DNA from: an uncultured Armatimonadetes bacterium
GTDB lineage: Bacteria > Armatimonadota > Hebobacteria > Hebobacterales > Hebobacteraceae
Direction of reading: 5' to 3'
Length of the DNA: 64,000 bases
Assembly: GCA_963716175.1 (NCBI GenBank)
Contig: OY970296.1
Span: 2,944,001 to 3,008,000, forward strand
Numbering within the stretch: position 1 is the stretch's first letter; each line of letters begins with the position of its first letter. Shown piece after piece: positions 37,438 to 46,806 of this stretch. A model generated the notes under the pieces. That model was not told the origin of the DNA. It ran no database searches and saw only the letters and a program-made list of their open reading frames with translations. Both the position numbers and the translations under genes were made by a program.

Positions 37438-39255
37438 ATGGCAGACGAGCATGGAAGGCGCGAGTTGAAGGCTGAGGAGCCCGAAGGGAAGGGGCCGGTG
37501 CAGGCGGAGGGCGCATCCCCTATGCCCACCACGGAGGAGGGCCCACGTCCGCCGGAGGTGAATCGCGCAGGGGCACTGTCCCGGGCGGCGCTGCCTCTGG
37601 GCGCCGGCGTGTTCTTGGACCTCGCTACCGGCGGCCTCTCCCTGGACCCGGATATGTACCTGCCCAGCCGGGGCATGGATGTGGAGCTGCGCTTCTACTA
37701 CAACAGCGACGACCCCTACAACGTCAACTTCGGCTACGCTCGCACCATGTCTCTGAATCGGTTTCTGGAGATCGACACCCCTTCAGCTAACAAGGTGACT
37801 GTGCACCTGGGGACAGGTCGCCGGGATGTCTACTCGTTGACCAGCGGGATCTACAAGCCTGCGCCCGGAGCGTATGACACGCTCACGAAGACGGATAGCA
37901 CGTGGGGACTGCGGCGCGCCCGAGACCAGGTGTACTTCGCCTACGATGCCGCGGGACGGCTCTCGTACATCAAGGATCTCAATGGGAACACCCACACCAT
38001 CGCCCGTGATGGCAGCAACCGCATCAGCAGCCTGATGGACGGCGCGGGAAGGCTGGTCACTTTCACCTACGATGGCAACCGGCTGAACAAGGTGCTGGAC
38101 TGGGCTGGCCGCTACCAGTACTTCAGCTACGATGGCGCTGGCAACCTCACCAAGGTGATAGGCCCCACCCTGTGCGTCACCTCCTACGGCTATGACGGGA
38201 GCCACCGGCTGACCACCATCATCGACCCGGATGGATACGTGTTCACCTACGAGTATGATAGCAGCTCCGGCCGGGTGACGGGGTACGTTCGCCCGGGAGG
38301 GGAGCGCTCCGTCTTCACCTATCCGTCGACGGGGCTGACCGCCAAGATCGACGCCCTTGGGCAGGTCACCTATTACCACTATGATGCCAACCGCGATATC
38401 ACCTCGCTCACAGACGCCTCGGGGAACACTACCACTTACACCTACGGCACCTGGCGGGAACTGCAGAAGGTCAAGGACGCAGAGGGCCGGGTCACCACCT
38501 ACACCGTTGACATTGGCGTGGGCCGCGGTCTAGTGACTGCGGTTTTCGATCCCAGGGGAGGCATCACCTACTACGATTACAACAGCCAAAACCGCATGAC
38601 CAAGTGGACGGACCCTTTGCACCGGGTGACGACCTACCACTACGATGCCAGAGGCAATCTGGATTACGTTATCGACCGCACCGGCAGCATGACCACATAT
38701 ACCTACGACGGCTACGGCAATCGGACCTCCATGATTGATCCCTTCGGCCGCACTACCACCTATGATTACGACTCGAACGGCAACTTGATTGCGGTGGGCG
38801 ATCCCCTGCGGCATACCACCACCTTCGACTACGATCCGGCAGGGAACGTGAAGCTTCGGACCAATGCCCTCGGTAAGACTACCTACTACGAATACGATAA
38901 CATGGCCCGACTGACCAAGATTACCGATCCGGACAACAACATCACCCAGTACGCCTACGACGGGCGGGGCAATCGCACTCTGGAGGTGGATGCCAAGGGT
39001 AATCGGACCACCTACCAGTACGATGGCAACTCGCGGCTGGTGCAGATGATCGACGCCTTGGGCCAGACCACCACCTATGATTACGACCAAGAGGGCCGGC
39101 AGATCAGGATAGTGGATGCTGAGAACAATGCCACCTTCTTCGACTACGACGCTGTGGGCCGGCAGACGGGCATGAGGGACGAAGCGGATCGACGGGTGCG
39201 GCGTTCCTACAGCAAGACGGGTAACCTGCGGCGGCGGGTGGCGAGCCGCGGTTAG
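37438..39255 (+). CDS. Rhs N-terminal part: DUF6531-like domain + YD repeats, no core or toxin
   Basis: GVFLDLATGG...LPSRGMDVELRFYYNS followed by many Y.YD..G repeats. No PxxxxDPxG motif. Confidence 0.9.
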   Translation: MADEHGRRELKAEEPEGKGPVQAEGASPMPTTEEGPRPPEVNRAGALSRAALPLGAGVFLDLATGGLSLDPDMYLPSRGMDVELRFYYNSDDPYNVNFGYARTMSLNRFLEIDTPSANKVTVHLGTGRRDVYSLTSGIYKPAPGAYDTLTKTDSTWGLRRARDQVYFAYDAAGRLSYIKDLNGNTHTIARDGSNRISSLMDGAGRLVTFTYDGNRLNKVLDWAGRYQYFSYDGAGNLTKVIGPTLCVTSYGYDGSHRLTTIIDPDGYVFTYEYDSSSGRVTGYVRPGGERSVFTYPSTGLTAKIDALGQVTYYHYDANRDITSLTDASGNTTTYTYGTWRELQKVKDAEGRVTTYTVDIGVGRGLVTAVFDPRGGITYYDYNSQNRMTKWTDPLHRVTTYHYDARGNLDYVIDRTGSMTTYTYDGYGNRTSMIDPFGRTTTYDYDSNGNLIAVGDPLRHTTTFDYDPAGNVKLRTNALGKTTYYEYDNMARLTKITDPDNNITQYAYDGRGNRTLEVDAKGNRTTYQYDGNSRLVQMIDALGQTTTYDYDQEGRQIRIVDAENNATFFDYDAVGRQTGMRDEADRRVRRSYSKTGNLRRRVASRG

Positions 39256-39265
39256 GGGGCGATTC

Positions 39266-42200
39266 ATGGGAAGACATCAGATTGCCGGGCTGATCAGTGG
39301 AGTAGCGGAGAAAGCGGTGGAGGCTGGGGATCTGGTGAAGATCGCCGGGGGCGGGCTGCGCCACCTGCTGCGCAAGGGGGATGGGGAGGGGGTTTTGGTG
39401 TCCCGGCGGGACGGATTGGCCTGGGTGGAGCGGGAGACAGTCCAGCTGGAGCGGCAGACCGGGAGTGGGCGGAATCGCAAGTGGCAGGCGGTGGGCGGGC
39501 ACCGGGGGGCGCGGGCGGAAGGGGGCCGGTCGGTACGGGAGATGGGGGACGGTGCTGCTGACGCTGAGAGCTGGTACGAGAGCCGGCCGGAGGCGCCGCT
39601 GAAAGTGCGGTTTCGCATCACCGCGAAGCAGAAGGGGAGCTACCGGCTGCGCTGGAGCTTACAGGGGATGCGTGGTGAGGAGACGGCGGGGGCGCTGAGC
39701 AGTGGGCTGCGGTATGTGGATGGGGGGCAGGCGTTCGAGGTGGACTGGTCGGACGTGGTGCGGAAGCTGGGCGAGGTGGCCGTGGTGGAGCGGCCTTCCG
39801 GCGGAGGGGTGGAGGTAGTGTTCGGCCCATTCGCCCTGGAGGCGGGCGAACAGATAGAGCTAGACCCGACGCTGGTGGAGCAGGCGATCCAGCTCTTTCC
39901 GTATTCGCTGGAGGGTGTGCCGGCGAACGGCCGGCACCTGGCGCGCACCTCAGACGGGACGCTCTATGTGGTCTACACGAAGACGGTGACGCAAGATTCG
40001 GGATACGGGACTAAGGTCTACGTGGCCAAGTCCAGCGATGGGGGCCAGAACTGGGAGGGCGAGCATGTGGTGTCAGGCGGTGACCTGGGGCCCACGGATG
40101 GCGCCATTGCCTGCGACGGCGACGACAACCTGCATGTAGTGTACCAGGGATGGGATGGGTCAGTCGCTCAGATCTACTACACCGCCTCCTCGGATGGCGG
40201 CGCCAACTGGTCGAGCCCACAGAAAATCGCAAACTGGCCCACCTATGCCCAGGCGCGGCCGGCGGTCGCGGTGGACGGGAGTGACGGCCTACACGTGGTC
40301 TGGCATGGGCCTAGTAGCGACTTCCCCACCAAGGCTCAGATCTGGTACAGCAAGCTGGTCAGCGATTATTGGCAGACGCCGGAGCGGCTTTCAACCAGAG
40401 CTGGGATGAATAACTACGATCAGGCCTTTGCGGCCCTTGCCATTGATTCCAGCGACTACTTGCACGTGGTGTGGCTGGGGAAGGCCGACAACTATAGTAC
40501 GGTCGACCGCATCTGGTACAGCAAATACACCACCGTCTGGTCCCTGGATACTACTCCTGCCACTGATGGTTTCACCGCGGTCTACGAGAGCGGCTACTGG
40601 AAGAAGCGCTGCCCCAGCCTGGTGGTGGACGAGGACAGGAATGCGCACCTGGTATGGCACGGGCTGGCCGAGGAGTATAGCGCAGACGGCCAAGAGCAGA
40701 TCTGGTATCGTAAGCGTACCACTAGCTGGCAGGCTGCTAAGCCGCTCCGTATTCCGTGCTGGCCGGGTATGGTGGGGCTGTTCCCCAGCATTGGGATTGA
40801 CGGCCAGGGCAGGCTGCACGTGCTGTTCAACGGGGGGATGGGCGGAGACTCCAAGGTCTACCACAGCGAATATGACCAGGGGGAGTGGATCGTGCCGGTG
40901 GGGGAGACGGTGGAGGGGCAGGGGCGCCGGCCGACGGTGCGGTGGGCAGGGCATTGGCACAACGGGGACAACCTGGACTGGCTGTGGCTGGGTGGGATGA
41001 CCGTGGCGTACGGAGTTGGTGCCGACAATGAGGATGTCACTAGTGCCAATCGCAAGAGTCAGAGCTTCAAGGCGCCGGAGTCCCGTCCCATCTCCCTGAT
41101 CAGGCTGCTGCTGAAGAAGAACGCGGGCGGCGATCCCAACCGAACCGTAACGGTTGAGATGTACGATGCGGACGCGAATGGCAAGCCCACCGGCACGCTC
41201 AGGGCAAGCGCCACGGCTCCCCTCACGGGCGCCAGCTACACCGATACCGACTTCACTTTCGCGCCGAACGCATTCACGCTCACCGGTGGCAATTCCTACT
41301 GCATTGTGATCTATCCGGATGCTGGCACCATCCAGTGGCAAGTGGACGCTGGCGGGGGTTATGCCGACGGGGTTTTCTCCCACTACGATGCGGGAAGCTC
41401 TCAGTGGGTCGTCGACTCGCCGGCGAAAGACGCGCGCTTCTTCATGGTGCCCTATCTCGACCTGTGCTTCGACTTCGAGGAGATTGATGGTGCCTCTGAT
41501 TACCAGTACGACCCCCTGGGCGAGGTGACGGCGGAGACGGATGCGCTGGGGAACACCACCTACTACTACTACGACGCCAATGGCAACCTCACCGCGCAGG
41601 TGGACCCGCGAGGGAAGACGACCTCCTTCGACTACGACCCGGAGGGCCGGCTGACCAAGGTGACGGATCCCTTGCAGGCGGTGACCACCTATCACTACGA
41701 TCTGCTGGGCCGGCAGGACGGGATGGTGGACGCGGAAGGGGGGATCACCTCTTACTACTACGACGAGGCAGGCCAGCGCACCGCGGTAAGCGATCCGCGC
41801 CAGTATCTGACCTACTTCTATTACGACGCCGCTAACCAGCAGACCGCGGTGGAGGATCCCCAGCACCACTTCACCTACTTCGAATACACCAACCAGGGGC
41901 TGGTGAGGACGGTCCGGGACCCGCTGGGGTACACCACGACCTATGACTACGATCCGGTGGGCAACCGCACCGGGGTGACCGACCCCCGGGGCAACCGCAG
42001 CACCTATGTGTACGACAGCCTCAACCGGGTGACGGCGGAAGTGAATGCGCTGCTGCAGACCAGCAGCTACGAGTACGATAGGGCGGACAACCGCACCGGC
42101 CTGATTGATCCGCGGAGCAAGCGCACCACCTATGTCTACGATGAGGCGGGGCGGATGACCGCCGAGATCAGCCCCGTGTTGCAGACCACCAGCTATGATT

Positions 42201-45200
42201 ACGATGCGGAGAACCGGCAGATCCAGGTGGCCGACCCTCTCGGTAACATCGCGACCACCGTCTACTACCTCAACGGCTGGGTGTCGGTGCAGGTGGATCC
42301 GCTGGGTGTTCGCACCAGCTACGGGTATGACCCTGCCGGCCACCTGTGGGTAGTGCGGGACGCGCACGACGGGCGCACCACTTACAGCTACGATGACGCG
42401 GGAAGGATGACGGCCGTTACGAACGCGCTGCTGCAGACCACCAGCTACGACTACGACCGAGTGGGGCGGCGCATCGCCATCATTGATCCCAAGATGCAGC
42501 GCACTACCTTCGTGTATGACGCCGCGGGCCAGCTCACGGCTCAAGGCAATCCCCTGCACCAGACCACCAGCTATGAGTACGACGAGGCAGGGCGGCGCAC
42601 CGCGGTGGCGGACGCTCTGGGTAAGCGGACCACGTTTGTCTACGACGCCGGGGGGCGGATGACGGCGACGGTGAATCCGCTCTTGCAGACCACCAGCTAC
42701 GACTACGACGAGGCGGGCAATCGCACCGGGGTGCAGGACCCCAACACAAACCGGACCACCTTCGCCTACGATGCGCTGGGGCGGCTGACGGCGCAGGGCA
42801 ACGCGCTGCATCAGACCACGAGCTACGAGTACGATGAGGCGGGGCGGCGCACCGCGGTGGTGGACGCCAAGGGCCATCGCACCAGCTTTGGCTACGACGA
42901 CGCCGGGCAGCTGACCGCCCAGGGCAATGCGCTCCACCAGACGGTGAGCTACGACTACTATGAGAATGGCTGGCTGCGCAGCCGGCTGGATGCCAAGGGC
43001 CAGCGGACCACGTATGTCTACGACGAAGCGGGCCGGCAGACGCAGGTGCGGTATTCGGACAGCAGTCGGGTAACCTATACCTATGATGAGCTGGGGAACC
43101 GGACCCAGATGGAGGATGCGACCGGGGCCACGGCCTACAGCTATGACCTGCTCAACCGGCCGGTGTCGGTGATCTACTCCGGGAACAAGACCATCGCTTA
43201 CGATTACGACGAGCTGGGCAATCGCAAGACCATGACCGACAACGATGGCGATGTGACCACCTACTCCTATGACCCGGCGAACCGGATGGAGTGGCTGAAG
43301 AACCAGGCGAATGAGGTGAGCAGCTGGCTCTATGATGCGGTGGGCCGGCCGACGACCATGATCTACGGCAACGGCGCCTACGCCGAGACCGACTATGATG
43401 ACTCGGGGCGGCTCACCGCGGTGCGCAACCGCAAGTCGGATGGCACGGTGCTCTCGATCTTCACCTACACCTACGACAAGGCCGGCAACCGCACCCAGGT
43501 GGAGGAAGCCGACGGGAGCATTGTCACCTGGGTCTATGACGACGCTTACCAGCTCAAAGAGGAGGCGCGTGCAGGACAGAGCCCGTACATTCTGCAGTAC
43601 AGCTACGACGAGGTGGGCAACCGGCTGACCGAGTTCAACGGGGCGGTGACGGTCAGCTATACTTACGATGAGGGAGATGAGCTCACCCTGGAGGAGGACC
43701 TGTCGGGTTTCACCACCTACAGCTATGACCAGAATGGCAACCTGGAGATCGTGAACGAGGGAGGCGAGTTGACCACTTACTCCTGGGACCTGGAGAACCG
43801 GATGACCGAGGCGCAGTTGTCCGGGGGTGGGGTCAACACCATGAGCTACTACGGGGATGGGAAGCGGCGCAGCTACGGCGATGCGACCATGGTGCGCATC
43901 TTCCTGTGGGATGGGGAGAACATCGTGCGTCAGACCGATGCCGGTGGCAATACCGACCGCCACTACACCTTCAAGCCTGTAGGGTTTGGGGAGCTGATCT
44001 CGCAGGATGACAGCTTCCACCATTATGATGGGCTGGGCTCGACCGATCGCATCACGAATGCCAGCCAGGTGCAGCAGGTGCACTATCGCTACCGCGCGTT
44101 TGGGGAGCCGACCATCTTCTACGACACCGAGATTCCCACCCCGAACCGCTTTCTGTGGGGAGGCAAGCTGGGCTACTATCACCAGCCGGACCTGGGCAAC
44201 TTCTGGCTGCGGGCGCGGGAATATGACCCTCTCACCGGCCGCTTCCTGAGCCGGGATCCCGCAATGGCGGAAATCAACCGCTTCCGGTGGCCGGGCAATA
44301 ACCCGATCATGATCGTGGACCCGTCTGGGATGCAGGGCTGCTCGGGCCAGGGAGGGCAGGGCTGCGGCCAGCAGCGGCGAGGGGGAGAAGGCCTGCTGGT
44401 GGCGGCCACTGGTGGAGGCGGCGGTGGCACTGGCGGAGGCATGAGAGGTGGAGGTGGGACGGGCGGTGGAGCCACGGGAGGCGGCCAGGGCGGCATGGGG
44501 GGAGGCGGAGGTCGCTGGCGGTACGTGGCGGACTGCGGGGGCGGGTGGACCTGCGTATGTCTGGGACCCAGGCCAAGCGCCGGGCCGGGGGCTCCGGCGG
44601 GCCGGCGGATTGAGGTCTGGGCCGACCCGAAGAGCTGCGACTGCGAGAAGCCTGGCGACCCCTGCACCTGCCAGATGCACCGGCGCGCCTGGCAGGACAG
44701 CCAGTTGCTGGCAGACGGCCAGTGGGAGGTCGGGGGCGAGTGCCGGAAGGCCGGGGGTGCTGGTGGCGGGGGAGGCGGAGGCGCAGGAGGGGGTGGGGGT
44801 CAGGGCGGAGAGGGAAAGGACAAGGGTTATATACTGTTCTGGTGGGGATATCATGTGGCAATGCCTAGTCTCCTCCCGAAGATAAACAATGCCATCCAGC
44901 GGCTGCGCGCAGCCGGTTACAACGCTCAGTATATTGGCCACAGCCGGGAGCAGCTGCGAGCTGCGAATACCCACCCCAGGCTCGCGGGTCTGTGGGCTGG
45001 CTCCCACGGGGGCTGCCTGTCGGAGGCAAGGGGGGACGAGTGCTATCTTGAGCCTTCGCCCGTGGGCTCTCTGGCGTACTTCGTTACTGGACCCAGAGGC
45101 GGTCCCTACAAGAACGACTGGATGCCGGTTCACCCGAGCGCCAAACCTGTCTTCAAGGCCCTGTACGCCTACCACTGTCTGGGAGCGCGAGACCTGGCAG

Positions 45201-45361
45201 ATGTCCCAGCCATCCGCGAGTGGTATGCAACCCGTATAGGTGAGCCGGTCCAGAAGATCCACCTTTGTGACTTCTGGATCACGCCGCCGGGGGTTTCCCC
45301 AAACGGGAGCTGCTACGCGTACGAGGAGGGGGTTGAGCAGTTTGTGCGGGAGTTCATCTGA
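39266..45361 (+). CDS. Rhs protein: ~740-aa N-terminal region (BNR/Asp-box propeller) + YD repeats + core + C-terminal toxin
   Basis: SSDGGQNW and SSDGGANW Asp-boxes; YD repeats from about 41498; core RAREYDPLTGRFLSRDP...NNPIMIVDPSG. Confidence 0.93.
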   Translation: MGRHQIAGLISGVAEKAVEAGDLVKIAGGGLRHLLRKGDGEGVLVSRRDGLAWVERETVQLERQTGSGRNRKWQAVGGHRGARAEGGRSVREMGDGAADAESWYESRPEAPLKVRFRITAKQKGSYRLRWSLQGMRGEETAGALSSGLRYVDGGQAFEVDWSDVVRKLGEVAVVERPSGGGVEVVFGPFALEAGEQIELDPTLVEQAIQLFPYSLEGVPANGRHLARTSDGTLYVVYTKTVTQDSGYGTKVYVAKSSDGGQNWEGEHVVSGGDLGPTDGAIACDGDDNLHVVYQGWDGSVAQIYYTASSDGGANWSSPQKIANWPTYAQARPAVAVDGSDGLHVVWHGPSSDFPTKAQIWYSKLVSDYWQTPERLSTRAGMNNYDQAFAALAIDSSDYLHVVWLGKADNYSTVDRIWYSKYTTVWSLDTTPATDGFTAVYESGYWKKRCPSLVVDEDRNAHLVWHGLAEEYSADGQEQIWYRKRTTSWQAAKPLRIPCWPGMVGLFPSIGIDGQGRLHVLFNGGMGGDSKVYHSEYDQGEWIVPVGETVEGQGRRPTVRWAGHWHNGDNLDWLWLGGMTVAYGVGADNEDVTSANRKSQSFKAPESRPISLIRLLLKKNAGGDPNRTVTVEMYDADANGKPTGTLRASATAPLTGASYTDTDFTFAPNAFTLTGGNSYCIVIYPDAGTIQWQVDAGGGYADGVFSHYDAGSSQWVVDSPAKDARFFMVPYLDLCFDFEEIDGASDYQYDPLGEVTAETDALGNTTYYYYDANGNLTAQVDPRGKTTSFDYDPEGRLTKVTDPLQAVTTYHYDLLGRQDGMVDAEGGITSYYYDEAGQRTAVSDPRQYLTYFYYDAANQQTAVEDPQHHFTYFEYTNQGLVRTVRDPLGYTTTYDYDPVGNRTGVTDPRGNRSTYVYDSLNRVTAEVNALLQTSSYEYDRADNRTGLIDPRSKRTTYVYDEAGRMTAEISPVLQTTSYDYDAENRQIQVADPLGNIATTVYYLNGWVSVQVDPLGVRTSYGYDPAGHLWVVRDAHDGRTTYSYDDAGRMTAVTNALLQTTSYDYDRVGRRIAIIDPKMQRTTFVYDAAGQLTAQGNPLHQTTSYEYDEAGRRTAVADALGKRTTFVYDAGGRMTATVNPLLQTTSYDYDEAGNRTGVQDPNTNRTTFAYDALGRLTAQGNALHQTTSYEYDEAGRRTAVVDAKGHRTSFGYDDAGQLTAQGNALHQTVSYDYYENGWLRSRLDAKGQRTTYVYDEAGRQTQVRYSDSSRVTYTYDELGNRTQMEDATGATAYSYDLLNRPVSVIYSGNKTIAYDYDELGNRKTMTDNDGDVTTYSYDPANRMEWLKNQANEVSSWLYDAVGRPTTMIYGNGAYAETDYDDSGRLTAVRNRKSDGTVLSIFTYTYDKAGNRTQVEEADGSIVTWVYDDAYQLKEEARAGQSPYILQYSYDEVGNRLTEFNGAVTVSYTYDEGDELTLEEDLSGFTTYSYDQNGNLEIVNEGGELTTYSWDLENRMTEAQLSGGGVNTMSYYGDGKRRSYGDATMVRIFLWDGENIVRQTDAGGNTDRHYTFKPVGFGELISQDDSFHHYDGLGSTDRITNASQVQQVHYRYRAFGEPTIFYDTEIPTPNRFLWGGKLGYYHQPDLGNFWLRAREYDPLTGRFLSRDPAMAEINRFRWPGNNPIMIVDPSGMQGCSGQGGQGCGQQRRGGEGLLVAATGGGGGGTGGGMRGGGGTGGGATGGGQGGMGGGGGRWRYVADCGGGWTCVCLGPRPSAGPGAPAGRRIEVWADPKSCDCEKPGDPCTCQMHRRAWQDSQLLADGQWEVGGECRKAGGAGGGGGGGAGGGGGQGGEGKDKGYILFWWGYHVAMPSLLPKINNAIQRLRAAGYNAQYIGHSREQLRAANTHPRLAGLWAGSHGGCLSEARGDECYLEPSPVGSLAYFVTGPRGGPYKNDWMPVHPSAKPVFKALYAYHCLGARDLADVPAIREWYATRIGEPVQKIHLCDFWITPPGVSPNGSCYAYEEGVEQFVREFI

Positions 45362-45412
45362 CCACGGCTCTGCCATGCGCTGCCTTCAGCCGTGTACGGC
45401 CCGATGGTCTGA

Positions 45413-46447
45413 GTGAGAGGAGGCAGACAGGTGGGTAGGAAGACCTGGAGATCGGTGAGGCGCGCGCCCGTGCTCCCGGTGTGCGCCGTGTGTGTTGCGC
45501 TCCTCGTCGTGCTGGCGTCGTGCCAGAGCACCGAGAAGAAGGAGCGCGCGCGCTTAACCCATGCTGGCCTCGTCATCGGGATAGAGCTGGTGCGGGAGAA
45601 CGTTGATCTTGACAGCCTGTCGGGTCTCAACGCGAAGGCCTCCGTCCCCAAGGGGATCCTATCCGCTGAGTACGAGATCTTACAGGCGGTTCGGGGGCGC
45701 GAGTACGGCGCTGTTGTCGCGGAGCGGCGCAACGGACAACGGCCGGCAGTGGGGGTCTGGCTCTTTGATCCCACATGGCGACGCATCGGGCAGGTCAAGG
45801 GATTGCCGCTTGGCGAGCGCAACGGCAGTGTCTTGTTAGCATGGGATCGGGCTGGGCGCCGACTTGGTGTCCTGCTGTGGGTCCCTTCCGTGAGGGTGCC
45901 GAGCATGTCCGCGACGGTGTTGGGTCTCGTCGAGCTGCCACGCCTGGCGTTCACGCAGATCCTTATCCTAGATCGGGCTACCTGGCCCCAGATGGTTTGG
46001 GCGGGCAACACGATTCTCGTGTCGTGTAGCATCGACAATCAGAATCTGGTCCTGCGGGTCGACCCGGCCACCGGACACATGCAACGGCTGTATGCCGAAG
46101 ATAGACACCTTCCCCGGCTCAGTGCGATTCAGGATGTGAAGCTATCACCTGATGGCCGCTACCTCGCTTTCAGCGTACTGGATCTCACACCTAGAGGACC
46201 CGCCCAGATGGGCATTTATCTGCTGGATCTCGCAGCAGGCAAGCGGGTGCGGCTGACCTCCGAGGCAGGTGCCAGTTCCTATGTGCACAATGTCGTGCGC
46301 TGGGAGGATGACGCTCGGCTCTTGTTCGTCCGCAAGATAAACCCCAGTCGGTGGGACCTGTACCGTGCCGTGCTGGCGCTGCCGCGGGGCCATGATACTG
46401 CACTCAGGCCAGCCTTGCTCTTGGTTGTTCCCGGGCTTTCTGTGTGA
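45413..46447 (+). CDS. Putative immunity lipoprotein (TolB-like propeller features)
   Basis: Directly after the toxin; lipobox LASC; LSPDGRYLAF motif; slightly lower GC. Confidence 0.6.
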   Translation: MRGGRQVGRKTWRSVRRAPVLPVCAVCVALLVVLASCQSTEKKERARLTHAGLVIGIELVRENVDLDSLSGLNAKASVPKGILSAEYEILQAVRGREYGAVVAERRNGQRPAVGVWLFDPTWRRIGQVKGLPLGERNGSVLLAWDRAGRRLGVLLWVPSVRVPSMSATVLGLVELPRLAFTQILILDRATWPQMVWAGNTILVSCSIDNQNLVLRVDPATGHMQRLYAEDRHLPRLSAIQDVKLSPDGRYLAFSVLDLTPRGPAQMGIYLLDLAAGKRVRLTSEAGASSYVHNVVRWEDDARLLFVRKINPSRWDLYRAVLALPRGHDTALRPALLLVVPGLSV

Positions 46448-46571
46448 GTTCCCCGCGGGGTGAGAGCGCAGAAAGAGGATGGGCCTGAAGTTCGCCGACG
46501 CAACGGTCAGGCAAGACGGGCTCGGCGCGGAGCGGACAGCCAGGGATCCTATGGCCCACGCTTGCCGCGGG

Positions 46572-46766
46572 AATGGCAACACGCAGATCATCAACGTCGC
46601 GGGTGGCTTGACCACCTACTCCTGGGATGTCGAGAACCGGATGACCCAGGCGTAGCTTTCCGGGGGTGGGATCAACACCATGAGCTACTACGGGGATGGG
46701 AAGCGGCGGCGCTATCACGACAGCGTTCAGGCCCGCATCTTCCTGTGGGAGGGGGAGAACATCGTC
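46572..46766 (+). pseudogene. Orphan Rhs core fragment
   Basis: 195-nt colinear homolog of 43733-43927 (TTYSWD.ENRMT...NTMSYYGDGKRR...IFLW.GENIV) with an in-frame TAG at 46653. Confidence 0.9.
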
Positions 46767-46806
46767 TGTTCATGCTTGAGGGGGCCTCGACGAGGCGAGC
46801 AGACCG

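Noticed and set aside
44340-44815. G-rich tracts as G-quadruplex or regulatory elements
   Set aside because: Explained by polyglycine linker codons.
40391-45376. 1661-aa antisense ORF (also 9698-11584, 12680-14311, 5069-6373, 27115-28368, 55464-56702)
   Set aside because: Shadow ORFs opposite well-supported genes, as expected from high-GC codon bias; no recognisable motifs.
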